Below are positions 1 through 8,274 of a stretch of DNA of 16,643 nucleotides, piece by piece. Where the stretch lies: NCBI GenBank assembly GCA_013331805.1, contig DUFS01000017.1, forward strand, positions 1 to 16,643, in the 5' to 3' direction. The position numbers were made by a program, and so were the translations under genes. The notes under the pieces are model-generated. The model ran no database searches. It was not told where the DNA came from and was given only the letters and a program-made list of their open reading frames with translations. Source of the stretch: Candidatus Micrarchaeota archaeon (GTDB taxonomy: Archaea > Micrarchaeota > Micrarchaeia > Anstonellales > Anstonellaceae). How positions within the stretch are numbered: position 1 is the first letter of the stretch; every line of letters begins with the position of its first letter.

Positions 1-25
1 CGGGTTCGAATCCCGGTCGGGGCGC
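1..25 (+). tRNA. 3' end of a tRNA gene (T-arm plus acceptor 3' strand), truncated by the window edge; isotype not determinable (Asp/Glu-like acceptor stem)
   Basis: CGGG-TTCGAAT-CCCG(G) is a canonical T stem-loop, followed by acceptor strand TCGGGGC and discriminator G. No encoded CCA, and the anticodon lies outside the window. Confidence 0.85.
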
Positions 26-36
26 TTGCGATTGAA

Positions 37-91
37 ATAGCAGCGCCCTTGACACTTCCTAATAAGGGGGTGGACACAAGGGTGTTGCTAT
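37..91 (+). promoter_or_regulatory. Long RNA hairpin covering the integrase RBS region and part of its start codon
   Basis: 37-51 ATAGCAGCGCCCTTG pairs with 77-91 CAAGGGTGTTGCTAT (two G-U pairs). Inner stem 53-60/65-72 has two more G-U pairs. The ATG is at 90-92. Confidence 0.6.
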
Positions 92-1271
92 GGAAAAGCG
101 GGACATCTATGAAAAGAAAGTAAAGATGGACTGGTGGCTACGGCGCATAAAGGCCTCAGATTTGGCTGAAGCCACCAAGAAGGAAATACTCGACTTCTTT
201 GACAACTGCGCGGCTACAGGCCTGTCAATGCACCGAATCCTGTTCTACGCTGACAGGTTGTATCCTATTGCCAAAATGCTCGGAAAACCGTTTAAGGAGG
301 CTTCCAGGGCGGATATTGAGGCTATTGTGGCTCAGATAGAGCGCAACGACAAGCTCAGCCCAGACACCAAGGGCATCTACAGGGTGACGCTCAAAAAGTT
401 CTACAAGTGGCTGGAAGGCAACGGCACGGTCTGCCCGGACAAGGTGGCCTGGATAAAGATCAGAAGCAGCAAGAACCACATTCTGCCTGAAGAGCTCCTG
501 ACCAAGGAAGACATCGACAAGCTGATGGACACAGCCCAAAACCCGCGCGACAAGGCTATTATTTCGCTCCTTTACGAGAGCGGGTGCAGGATAGGCGAAA
601 TGGCGACTCTTCAGCTGAAAAACATCTCCTTTGACGAATACGGGGCTATCCTCATGGTGGACGGCAAGACTGGCAGGCGCAGGGTTCGGATTATCGCTTC
701 GGTGCATTATCTGACGACCTGGCTTGAGCACCACACGGACAAGAAGAATCCGAATGCCTATCTCTGGACTAATCTCACATGGCAGCACGGCAAGCCGATG
801 GACTACGACACTTTCCGCCTTCAGATAAGCAAAATAGCCAAAAAAGCCGGAGTTCAGAAACGAGTCAATCCACACGCTTTCAGGCACGCGCGGGCCACCG
901 AGCTTGCCAAGATGGGACTAAACGAGGCTCAGATGTCGGCTTACTTGGGGTGGGTGCCAGATACCGATATGGCCGGCACTTACATACATCTGAGCGGGGC
1001 TGACTTGGACAACGTGCTCCTGGGTGCCTACGGCATAAAGAAGCCCGACGACCAGAACACCACGCCCAAGTGCGCGCGCTGCTTCAAGCTTAACACCGTA
1101 GCTGCGCGCTTCTGCGAGGGATGCGGAATGCCCCTGAGTTTGAGGGCAGCCGTGGAGATGGAAGACAAACGCGTAGAATTTGAAAAGAAGATTGAGCCGT
1201 TAATGGAGCTGCTTCAAAGCGAAGAAATTCGAGTCTATTTAGCTGACAAATTAAAGGTTAACGAGAGGTAG
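90..1271 (+). CDS. Tyrosine recombinase/integrase with C-terminal zinc ribbon
   Basis: Catalytic motifs SGCRIGE (R), DGKTG (K), HAFRH (HxxR), LGW and TYIH (Y). N-terminal core-binding region; C-terminal CARC...CEGC. Adjacent to the tRNA. Confidence 0.95.
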   Translation: MEKRDIYEKKVKMDWWLRRIKASDLAEATKKEILDFFDNCAATGLSMHRILFYADRLYPIAKMLGKPFKEASRADIEAIVAQIERNDKLSPDTKGIYRVTLKKFYKWLEGNGTVCPDKVAWIKIRSSKNHILPEELLTKEDIDKLMDTAQNPRDKAIISLLYESGCRIGEMATLQLKNISFDEYGAILMVDGKTGRRRVRIIASVHYLTTWLEHHTDKKNPNAYLWTNLTWQHGKPMDYDTFRLQISKIAKKAGVQKRVNPHAFRHARATELAKMGLNEAQMSAYLGWVPDTDMAGTYIHLSGADLDNVLLGAYGIKKPDDQNTTPKCARCFKLNTVAARFCEGCGMPLSLRAAVEMEDKRVEFEKKIEPLMELLQSEEIRVYLADKLKVNER

Positions 1272-2400
1272 ATTGTTCAAAAGATGACTCTATATAATTC
1301 AAAATCTCTGTTTTTCCTTTCCCTATTCGTATCCATGCAGGTATCTTATTGTGATTTTCAATATTAACAGTTACACTCCAAATAAATCCACGCTTGCTTT
1401 CTTCCGCCATGTTCACAGAATAGCGTCTCTTCTCTTCAATTAAAAACTTAGCCTTGGCTAATTTCGCGCAAATCTTTTTGACATTATTTCTTCTAATTTT
1501 ATATGGTCTTCTAAATTTTTTTATTCCCAAATATATCGCGTTCCAATCCAGACACATGCCATCCATTTTTGGTATCTTATCGACTAATTTCATATTCTCT
1601 ATTCGAATGTTCTCACTTTCTTCTTCATTTGTTCTATAATCGGGATACTTATTTTCTAAATTTTCGAATTGTCTTCCCCATTCGTGATCAAACTTTGAAT
1701 AGAGGTACTGTAAAATATCAAAACCAATAAACATGCGTCTTTTCGGATCATCATCTTTCATAACAAATTTTTTGTCCCTATATTCTGCAAAATATACGCC
1801 TTTCGCACGGAAAATGTCCATGTGATATGACCCATAATTGTTTCCTCTGTCAAGAGTCTGAACATACTTCATCATACTTAGTTGATCAGTTTTAATATCC
1901 AAGGATGAAAGAAAATTGAGAAATTCTGCCGAATCTGTGTGTGCAATTCTATCTAAGTCGTTGTCAGCTTCTTTTATGTCATCCGTTGGTCTTTCTGAAT
2001 ATCCAGATTTGGGATTTTCTTGGTTTTGAAAAGGATTCTGTTTAGATTTTTTTAATGCAATGTATTCGTCAACGGTTTCCTTTATCCTTTTTCGCATTTC
2101 TCCATCCCACGCATCGTTTTCCCAGATTTTAACCATCAGTTTGGCGCTAATTCGTTTGATAATATCCATGTCTACTAATTCTTCGACATCACATGCTCTA
2201 AGATAAGCTATGTCATCCAAGAGGTTTTCAATATAGTTTTCAACTCTCAAAATCTTTTTTGTTAGACTATTTTTAGCAGTATAATATTTCGCGCGATCTT
2301 CCCCTTTCAGGGCTTTGAGATTCTTTCCAGCAAGTATCTCGCGCTCAATGGGCGTGAAGATTCCTCCTTTTGGAGCATTTTTACCCCTATTTTTGCTCAT
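1258..2400 (-). CDS. Hypothetical protein, possible element regulator (C-terminal wHTH-like segment)
   Basis: 380-aa AT-rich ORF, convergent with the integrase and divergent from the RHH cluster. The segment VKKICAKLAKAKFLIEEKRRYSV is wHTH-like. Confidence 0.7.
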   Translation of the reverse strand: MSKNRGKNAPKGGIFTPIEREILAGKNLKALKGEDRAKYYTAKNSLTKKILRVENYIENLLDDIAYLRACDVEELVDMDIIKRISAKLMVKIWENDAWDGEMRKRIKETVDEYIALKKSKQNPFQNQENPKSGYSERPTDDIKEADNDLDRIAHTDSAEFLNFLSSLDIKTDQLSMMKYVQTLDRGNNYGSYHMDIFRAKGVYFAEYRDKKFVMKDDDPKRRMFIGFDILQYLYSKFDHEWGRQFENLENKYPDYRTNEEESENIRIENMKLVDKIPKMDGMCLDWNAIYLGIKKFRRPYKIRRNNVKKICAKLAKAKFLIEEKRRYSVNMAEESKRGFIWSVTVNIENHNKIPAWIRIGKGKTEILNYIESSFEQSTSR

Positions 2401-2466
2401 AAAGTAATTTACTAAGACATATTTTTATGTATTTCTAACGGCAAAGTCATCTCCGAGGTGAAATGG

Positions 2467-2610
2467 GTGAAACAAACATTGTCGATGTCTGCTGATGAAC
2501 TCAGCCTTCTGAAAGCCCATGCGACTAAGAATGGCCGCACGTTATCTGGGACCATCCGGAAGGCGCTATCCTTGCTTTATGCAAAGGAGGGAGAAAATGC
2601 AGAAACTTGA
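2467..2610 (+). CDS. Small ribbon-helix-helix (CopG-like) protein, not in the ORF track
   Basis: Manual translation MKQTLSMSADELSLLKAHATKNGRTLSGTIRKALSLLYAKEGENAET. GTG start lies 6 nt after GAGGTG (alternative GTG at 2458). Strand-helix-G-R-T-L-S-helix pattern. Confidence 0.75.
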   Translation: MKQTLSMSADELSLLKAHATKNGRTLSGTIRKALSLLYAKEGENAET

Positions 2611-2731
2611 AGGATGGCTGAACTCGTTGGATGAACTCTACAAACTGCTAAAAAAGAAGCAGCAAGCCGTTGAGGGCGGCTTGCCAGAAAACAGTGTTGG
2701 TGATCAATATGGAGAAAAAGGACCTATTTAA
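2597..2731 (+). CDS. Small hypothetical protein (44 aa)
   Basis: ATG at 2597 after GGAGG. Overlaps both neighbours as in a translationally coupled operon. Sequence begins MQKLEGWLNSLDELYKLLKKK. Confidence 0.5.
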   Translation: MQKLEGWLNSLDELYKLLKKKQQAVEGGLPENSVGDQYGEKGPI

Positions 2732-2954
2732 CAATGTGTCTTCGATCTACGACTTTCATTTCGAAGAATTCGCTTTCGCGAGGTTTCGACCCCGTCTTGA
2801 GACCGGTCTGAGCCTCAGAGAATTTTTCAGGCTTGCCGGATGCTGGTTCAGCCTACCCAAGCCAGTCGCACGCCAGCTCCTACACGTCTTTGAAAGAGAC
2901 TATTCCGTGAAAAGACATTACGGACCGTTGGGTATGGAGTTGCACGTAGAATAA
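2709..2954 (+). CDS. Hypothetical protein (81 aa)
   Basis: ATG at 2709 preceded by GGTGAT RBS; overlaps the previous ORF. Confidence 0.6.
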   Translation: MEKKDLFNNVSSIYDFHFEEFAFARFRPRLETGLSLREFFRLAGCWFSLPKPVARQLLHVFERDYSVKRHYGPLGMELHVE

Positions 2955-3145
2955 GGTCGATACCATGAGCAATCTCATTCAGTCCGACATCCCGTCCGTT
3001 ACGGTTCGATACATATCAAAAATATCCAAAGTTACTTACACTATATACACGTGTTTCGTATATACTATACATACTATTCTCGGATCCTTTGCGAATTCCA
3101 TAGAGATTTCGATATTTTTTATACGCATTAAAATTGGTGTTTTTT

Positions 3146-3475
3146 ATGCCAGGAGGTAGGCCAAGGTTAGCGGTTACTGAAAAGGCGGCAAGAACAACAA
3201 TCACTCTAACGCCTGACACTCATGACCATGCTGTTCTGGCAGGCTTAAACATATCTGCCATCTGCGAAGCTGCACTTAGACAACGACTGAATCGCCACAT
3301 TCTGCTGCCAGATGTTCAAAAAACGCTTACTGATGAATTACATGTACTTGAGGCAGAGCTTAATCCGGTGTTAAACGAAAAACAGCATCTAAAGTTCGCT
3401 AATCTCCGTAAAACTATAAACAGACTGGAAGGTGCGGCCTACATTGTGATGGATAAAACGAAGTCTAATGGGTGA
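3146..3475 (+). CDS. CcdA-like/RHH DNA-binding protein
   Basis: RTTITLTPDTHDHAVLAGLNISAICEAAL resembles the CcdA-family RHH signature. GGTG lies upstream of ATG 3146. Confidence 0.65.
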   Translation: MPGGRPRLAVTEKAARTTITLTPDTHDHAVLAGLNISAICEAALRQRLNRHILLPDVQKTLTDELHVLEAELNPVLNEKQHLKFANLRKTINRLEGAAYIVMDKTKSNG

Positions 3476-3481
3476 TATAAC

Positions 3482-4231
3482 ATGACATCGGTAGCCAAAA
3501 AAGCATCAAACCAGAAAAATGCCTTACGCTCGACCGGTCCAAAAAATGTGACTCAAACACGACTAAATGCACTTCAGCATGGTCTTACTGCAGAGGAGAC
3601 AGTCCTTGATAAGAGCCCTTTCTTTGAGTCTAAAGCCGATTTCAGGCGCCTGAATGACCAGTTTATTCAAGATTTGGCTCCTAAGAATGTGGCAGAAGCC
3701 TTCCTTGTCCAGCAAATGGTCCAGGCGTGCTGGCGGCTTCGCAGGGCCTCCAAAGCGGAAAATGCCTTCTTTAGAGAACGCGAAAAAATATTGATTGATG
3801 AAATAGTCAGAAAGCACACCTCTGGTTCGCTTTTTGCGCATCATGATCTGGAAAAGATGAGCAATGCCGCACTCACAGAATTGAAAGAACTTGCAGAAGG
3901 ACATTTAGCAGACTTGGATGCAGGAAAAATTGATCTAAGTGGCTATAGAGGAAATGAAGAATTTGCAAGCATGGACGAAAACAGTCTCAAGAATGAACTC
4001 CGAAAAATGTTTAATGACCAAGTTAGATTTTTTACCGCTCTCATCGGCATAAGGGAAAAGAACGCCTTAGATGAATACGAGGATAGAATAGATTCATCCA
4101 CTATACCGACTGAAAATGGGCTGGATGCTATTCTGCGCTATAGAAACTCAATCCAAAGGGAATTCTATACTGCACTTCGTGAGCTGATGCGCTTGCGCGG
4201 AGCTCCAGCTATAGATGTCCACATAGATTAA
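3482..4231 (+). CDS. Conserved hypothetical mobile-element protein of the 'N-x-x-NA-x-x-STGP...NAL-x-HGL' type
   Basis: Motifs NQKNALRSTGPK...NALQHGL, WRLRRA and LRY...REFYTALREL, recognised from memory as a widespread uncharacterised family. GGTGAT RBS. Confidence 0.8.
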   Translation: MTSVAKKASNQKNALRSTGPKNVTQTRLNALQHGLTAEETVLDKSPFFESKADFRRLNDQFIQDLAPKNVAEAFLVQQMVQACWRLRRASKAENAFFREREKILIDEIVRKHTSGSLFAHHDLEKMSNAALTELKELAEGHLADLDAGKIDLSGYRGNEEFASMDENSLKNELRKMFNDQVRFFTALIGIREKNALDEYEDRIDSSTIPTENGLDAILRYRNSIQREFYTALRELMRLRGAPAIDVHID

Positions 4232-4273
4232 GGTCATTTTTACGAAACGAAGCCAAATGGACAGGTGATGCTT

Positions 4274-4411
4274 ATGTCAATGCCAACATGTATTCGATGT
4301 GGAAATACAACCTTTACGACCTCCGAATATTCTCCAGGATCGATCGGAACCATAGTTATGATCATATGCTGGAGATGCGGTGGAGTCGCGGGTGTAGTAA
4401 GAAAGAAATAA
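4274..4411 (+). CDS. Small zinc-ribbon protein (45 aa), not in the ORF track
   Basis: MSMPTCIRCGNTTFTTSEYSPGSIGTIVMIICWRCGGVAGVVRKK has two CxxCG knuckles. GGTGA RBS at 4264-4268. Confidence 0.75.
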   Translation: MSMPTCIRCGNTTFTTSEYSPGSIGTIVMIICWRCGGVAGVVRKK

Positions 4412-4414
4412 TGG

Positions 4415-5389
4415 TCATTTTTCTACATAATACGGATGTCCTTCTGCAAAGGCTCTAAACCATATTACATATGGCTCTACATCGAAGGGAGTCTCAAATG
4501 CGCACAATCCAGTCGTTTTCATTCCTGGATTTAGATTACCTCCAAATTGACCCGTCGTATAGGTAGAATCAAATTCTCTGTTCTGGGAATCGACAAGTAG
4601 AGTGCTCATACAGTAAAAAGCACTTGATTTTTTACCGACATTTTCAATAGTCACATCAATTACAAAGATTTTTTTATCGCTTGTTTTTCTAACCGCCATG
4701 GAGTTTATCGTGAATTTAGTTGCTCCATTATAGTCGCGTTCCTCCATTGTAGTACTCTTGCCCTCATTTTTCCAATAGTAGTTCCTACAGGTTTCCCCTA
4801 CAGGAATATAGATGTAATCTGTTGTATCACAGCCGCATTTTGAAGCTTTATCAATAAGCTGAAGGGTAGAGTTGCAGTATTTTGGTTTATTATTAGAACA
4901 GCTTTCCACTTGGGTGCCGTCAGGACATTTCGCCAAATCATGTTCACATCTCGCAGTACAAGAACCAGACCCAGTGCAAATATCAGAAGTTCTAATATTC
5001 TTGTCATCACAGTCAGAATCATTCCTGCATTCAGGTTGGATAGCCTGTTTTTTCGTTGTGCAGACCCCCGCAGAACATGTTTTTTCCATGCAGCCTTCAA
5101 TTTCACCAGAACAGCCTATCTGGGGCCCCTCGAACACAAGATTCCTGCACCTATATCCTGTATTCTTGTCGCAGGTATCAATTGTGCAACTATTATTGTC
5201 ATCGCAGCTTTTGGGGCATTTAGGGCACTTGCTGAGATCTGTTACAATACTTTTATCTGGGCACTCGTATGTTTCTGTTGGTTGGGACTGTGGCGGCAGT
5301 GTTTGTGGCTGACTTGACGTCAATTGTCCACTGGAGATGCATCCTGCCAAGAATATCGCAAAGACCAGCCCTAAAATAAGCAGCGTCAA
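4415..5389 (-). CDS. Cys-rich surface lipoprotein with CTDC-like repeats and C-terminal DUF4352-like Ig-fold domain
   Basis: Signal peptide with LAGC lipobox; CDDNNSCTIDTC repeat; C-terminal FVIDVTIENVGK...LVDSQNREFD...LNPG...FETP. TTG start after GGTGG. Confidence 0.8.
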   Translation of the reverse strand: MTLLILGLVFAIFLAGCISSGQLTSSQPQTLPPQSQPTETYECPDKSIVTDLSKCPKCPKSCDDNNSCTIDTCDKNTGYRCRNLVFEGPQIGCSGEIEGCMEKTCSAGVCTTKKQAIQPECRNDSDCDDKNIRTSDICTGSGSCTARCEHDLAKCPDGTQVESCSNNKPKYCNSTLQLIDKASKCGCDTTDYIYIPVGETCRNYYWKNEGKSTTMEERDYNGATKFTINSMAVRKTSDKKIFVIDVTIENVGKKSSAFYCMSTLLVDSQNREFDSTYTTGQFGGNLNPGMKTTGLCAFETPFDVEPYVIWFRAFAEGHPYYVEK

Positions 5390-5468
5390 GCCACCACCCG
5401 CTAAGAATAAGCCGCAAATGATTTAAAATCTATGGCTGGAACTATGTTATATCATAAAGAGGTTCCAC

Positions 5469-5684
5469 ATGTCAAAGACTGAAATACCCAAGAAGATTAT
5501 AGAATTTCTGAAAAAACAGGACTGGCCAGTTACCACTGAGAACGTCATGAAAGAGCTTGACGTTTCTTGGAACACTACACAGGTCCATCTTCTCAAACTG
5601 GTAGCAGACGGCAAAGTCAAATACAAGAAAGTTGGGCGGCAGAACCAGTTTTGGCTTACTGGGAAATATAATAAAGAATTCTAA
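5469..5684 (+). CDS. Winged helix-turn-helix protein
   Basis: IIEFLKK...VTTENVMKELDVSWNTTQVHLLKLVADGKV, followed by wing KKVGRQNQFW. GAGG RBS. Confidence 0.85.
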   Translation: MSKTEIPKKIIEFLKKQDWPVTTENVMKELDVSWNTTQVHLLKLVADGKVKYKKVGRQNQFWLTGKYNKEF

Positions 5685-5793
5685 TCAGGGATTTTCGGGT
5701 CAATGAAGGCGAAGGAATAGAAATTAGACGGGCGCGGATAAAAAAGGCAGAAATAGGGGTTAAACAGATAAAATTTTGCTCTATCAACTAATA

Positions 5794-6561
5794 ATGAAAG
5801 ATATTTCACGAGAACTTCATTCAGTAGATAAAAAGGCTGCACGTCAAGTAGATGAATTACCAAAAAGAAGTCTGACAGGTTTTATCATAATTTTCATTGT
5901 AACAAATTTATTTGCCATATTTCTTGGAGCAATATTCTCTGAACCAATAAACCAATTCTGGCTAAAAATGAATGGTGAAAAACCAAAACTGGAAGTTATT
6001 CCATCTCTTTATCCGACAGCATATGCCAACGCAAGCCTTGTGCGTGTGGATATTACAAATATTGGAAAGATAGATGTTACAAACATGTCCTTATCGTATC
6101 GTTTTCCATGTTACATGAATAAAACAGCAAAGGCACCACTCCATACTTCATTGCTTAAGAGTGGTCAACACGATTTCTTTGAAATTCCAGTACCACTCGT
6201 GCTTAATTGTTCTACATCAACGAAAACATACGATGCAGAGCTTTTCAAGGATAAACGTGGCCAGTGTTTCTTCAAGTCGCAAGGCGAGGTTAAGAGCTCT
6301 GTTTGTATGTATTGTGACTTGAACATGTCAATTGAATCGGAAGATTTTTATCAGGCCTATAGCTCAAGATACCCATACTTTGAGGGAGAAGTTGCGATGG
6401 AGCTTACTTCCGAAAACTGTAGGCCGTATGATGAAGCTGCGAATAAGTCCGAGCTTGTATCTCAGGGTCCATTCGGAATAACAATTATGGATCCGTCTAC
6501 AAGGTGCTTATCAGATCCATCATTTTCTGACTGGTGTAGCGAAAATGGTTTTATCAAGTGA
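5794..6561 (+). CDS. Membrane-anchored hypothetical protein with Cys-containing extracellular domain
   Basis: Single hydrophobic helix FIIIFIVTNLFAIFLGAIF; beta-rich remainder with several N-x-S/T sequons. Start uncertain (5776 or 5794). Confidence 0.75.
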   Translation: MKDISRELHSVDKKAARQVDELPKRSLTGFIIIFIVTNLFAIFLGAIFSEPINQFWLKMNGEKPKLEVIPSLYPTAYANASLVRVDITNIGKIDVTNMSLSYRFPCYMNKTAKAPLHTSLLKSGQHDFFEIPVPLVLNCSTSTKTYDAELFKDKRGQCFFKSQGEVKSSVCMYCDLNMSIESEDFYQAYSSRYPYFEGEVAMELTSENCRPYDEAANKSELVSQGPFGITIMDPSTRCLSDPSFSDWCSENGFIK

Positions 6562-6581
6562 TGTTAGAATTTTACAAAAGT

Positions 6582-7085
6582 CTATTCTGCGCTTTTACTT
6601 CTTATCCATTTTATCAATAATTGTGTATGCTTCTCATCGCTTTTGTACGTATGCCCTAACGCATCTCTAAACCAAATGCATGTCGGTGTTCTGTTTCGGA
6701 GATCGTCGGCCAGTTCTTTTAGGCCTTTTACTACAGTGGCTGTTTCGCCATACTGTATACGCTTTGGTAGCGAATCTATCGGCCCAAACTCCCTGATAAG
6801 TAAGGATTCTCCATTTTCTACTTCTATACCAACGGTTGAAATTGTTACGGGCCTTTCATCAAAATTCTTAGCCACAAGATTCATTATAGTGTCAACTCTA
6901 TTTCTTCCTGGATTAAATAGGTCCGGGCCCCAATCAGCAAGACCAATAGCGCATTCAACTTTGACATCTGGAACATCATTTTTGGATAGTTGTTTAGAAT
7001 CGATGTTTATGTTTTTAGAGCCCACTATGGTGATGTTTTTGTCTCCACGCACTTCTGCGGTATTTCTTTCAAATTTATCTCCCAA
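6582..7085 (-). CDS. Hypothetical protein with shared N-terminal 'GDKN-x-T-x-VGSK' module
   Basis: 167-aa ORF with TTG start after GTGATAAT. The N-terminus is paralogous to that of 7533-8066. Confidence 0.75.
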   Translation of the reverse strand: MGDKFERNTAEVRGDKNITIVGSKNINIDSKQLSKNDVPDVKVECAIGLADWGPDLFNPGRNRVDTIMNLVAKNFDERPVTISTVGIEVENGESLLIREFGPIDSLPKRIQYGETATVVKGLKELADDLRNRTPTCIWFRDALGHTYKSDEKHTQLLIKWIRSKSAE

Positions 7086-7110
7086 ATTATCACATCATAA
7101 ATTCTGTGTC

Positions 7111-7335
7111 CTACTTATTCTGAGGTGCTATTGTGACGCTTATTCTTCCAATTGTTAGCCCTCCCATGAAGCCCAAAACTTGAAAAATTAACAACTGATA
7201 CTCCTGCGCAAAAAACATAGACATGAGCCATGCAATGAACGAGATTCCCGTAAGAATGAAAGACCACATCGTTATCCAGTCGTTAATATTATTACAGATG
7301 GGGGGCATCAATCGGTCTTTTAAGGAAGGCTTCAT
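7111..7335 (-). CDS. Small two-TM membrane protein
   Basis: Two hydrophobic segments; ATGA overlap with the upstream ORF. Confidence 0.65.
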   Translation of the reverse strand: MKPSLKDRLMPPICNNINDWITMWSFILTGISFIAWLMSMFFAQEYQLLIFQVLGFMGGLTIGRISVTIAPQNK

Positions 7336-7520
7336 CTAATCTGCCTCCAATCTTGGCGAGCACCGCACCAAGGACAAATTGTCTGACCAGGTTTTAGCAT
7401 TCCCCCGCAATTCCAACAGCGATAAGCAGTAACATCTCCGTGCTTCTTTGCAAGCTCAGATAAAAACCACAATCCTATACCGAGTATGGCCAAAGTCTCC
7501 AAGTCTTTCTTCTTGACCAT
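7332..7520 (-). CDS. Small protein with N-terminal hydrophobic helix and zinc ribbon
   Basis: CWNCG...CPWCG knuckles; AGGAG RBS. Confidence 0.75.
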   Translation of the reverse strand: MVKKKDLETLAILGIGLWFLSELAKKHGDVTAYRCWNCGGMLKPGQTICPWCGARQDWRQIR

Positions 7521-7532
7521 CTATATTCTCCT

Positions 7533-8066
7533 TCAAATTCTCATCTGAGGTTCGTCTTTGATTACCTCTCTCTCCTTTGAGGTCTTCTCATGGCCGCATT
7601 TTTTGCATACATAGTGGTATTCTATCAGTCTTTCTTCTCCTCCCATCACTCTATTCCGTTTCAAGACAGTTGCTTTTCGTTTTTGAAGGGCAAAATTACT
7701 ATTGCATTGGTCGCATTTTCGACGCTCTGATAAAACGTGAAACACGCCAAATAATAGGAGGAATATCAATCCTGCCCACAAAAGCTCGTTTGGAGCTGTT
7801 GCGCTAAGGACAAAATAACCTCCAAGGAACCCAACAGCTGGTAGGCCAAATATTGCATAACCAGCAACAATATTCTCACGGAAGACGCGCTCAAAAAGGA
7901 GCAAAAAAATCTTTTCTAATGGCTCTTCTGGCACAATTTCGTAGTTTTCGATAGGCTCCTTCTTTTGACCCCCGTGTATGTGTATAGTGGTATCCTTAGA
8001 GCCTACCACTGTGACATTCTTGTCGCCATGCACTTCCGCCTTGTTTCCTTTGAATTCATCCCCCAT
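7533..8066 (-). CDS. Membrane protein with shared N-terminal module and C-terminal zinc ribbon
   Basis: Two TM segments; CDQC...CKKCG; N-terminus MGDEFKGNKAEVHGDKNVTVVGSK. Confidence 0.8.
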   Translation of the reverse strand: MGDEFKGNKAEVHGDKNVTVVGSKDTTIHIHGGQKKEPIENYEIVPEEPLEKIFLLLFERVFRENIVAGYAIFGLPAVGFLGGYFVLSATAPNELLWAGLIFLLLFGVFHVLSERRKCDQCNSNFALQKRKATVLKRNRVMGGEERLIEYHYVCKKCGHEKTSKEREVIKDEPQMRI

Positions 8067-8095
8067 ACTCCCACGTCATAATTCCGACGGGCTGG

Positions 8096-8105
8096 CTTTA
8101 TATAA
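8096..8105 (-). promoter_or_regulatory. Putative archaeal TATA box for the 8066-6582 operon
   Basis: TTATATAAA on the minus strand ~30 nt upstream of ATG 8066. Confidence 0.5.
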
Positions 8106-8183
8106 GTTGCCGCAATAAGAGGTAATAGTGAGTAAAAACCACGCCTGCAGGAGGTGTGGGCGAAACTATTTCTGTCGTATGCG

Positions 8184-8196
8184 CCCGGTCGGGGCG
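8184..8196 (+). repeat. att core copy 2 (tRNA 3'-end repeat)
   Basis: CCCGGTCGGGGCG identical to 12-24. Confidence 0.9.
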
Positions 8197-8274
8197 TCGC
8201 TCGCTCACGCTTCGCGCCGCAGCCCGACCTATTTTCGCTTCGCGAAAAAGCCGCCAAGCGCTTCCTGCTTGTCG

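Larger units (their letters stand above)
12..8196 (+). mobile_element. Integrase-encoding integrative element (module A)
   Basis: Bounded by 13-bp direct repeats at 12-24 and 8184-8196. Contains the integrase, a divergent regulatory cluster and cargo genes. Confidence 0.8.

Noticed and set aside
2519..2596. ORF-track start at 2519
   Set aside because: It overlaps the better-supported RHH ORF in another frame; the RBS supports ATG 2597.
2965..3219. ORFs 2965-3159 (+) and 3016-3219 (-)
   Set aside because: Low-complexity AT-rich translation, overlap with the 3146 gene, and no motif.
3146..4231. ccdAB-type toxin-antitoxin pair
   Set aside because: The downstream 249-aa gene has no CcdB, PIN or RelE features; only the RHH similarity is supported.
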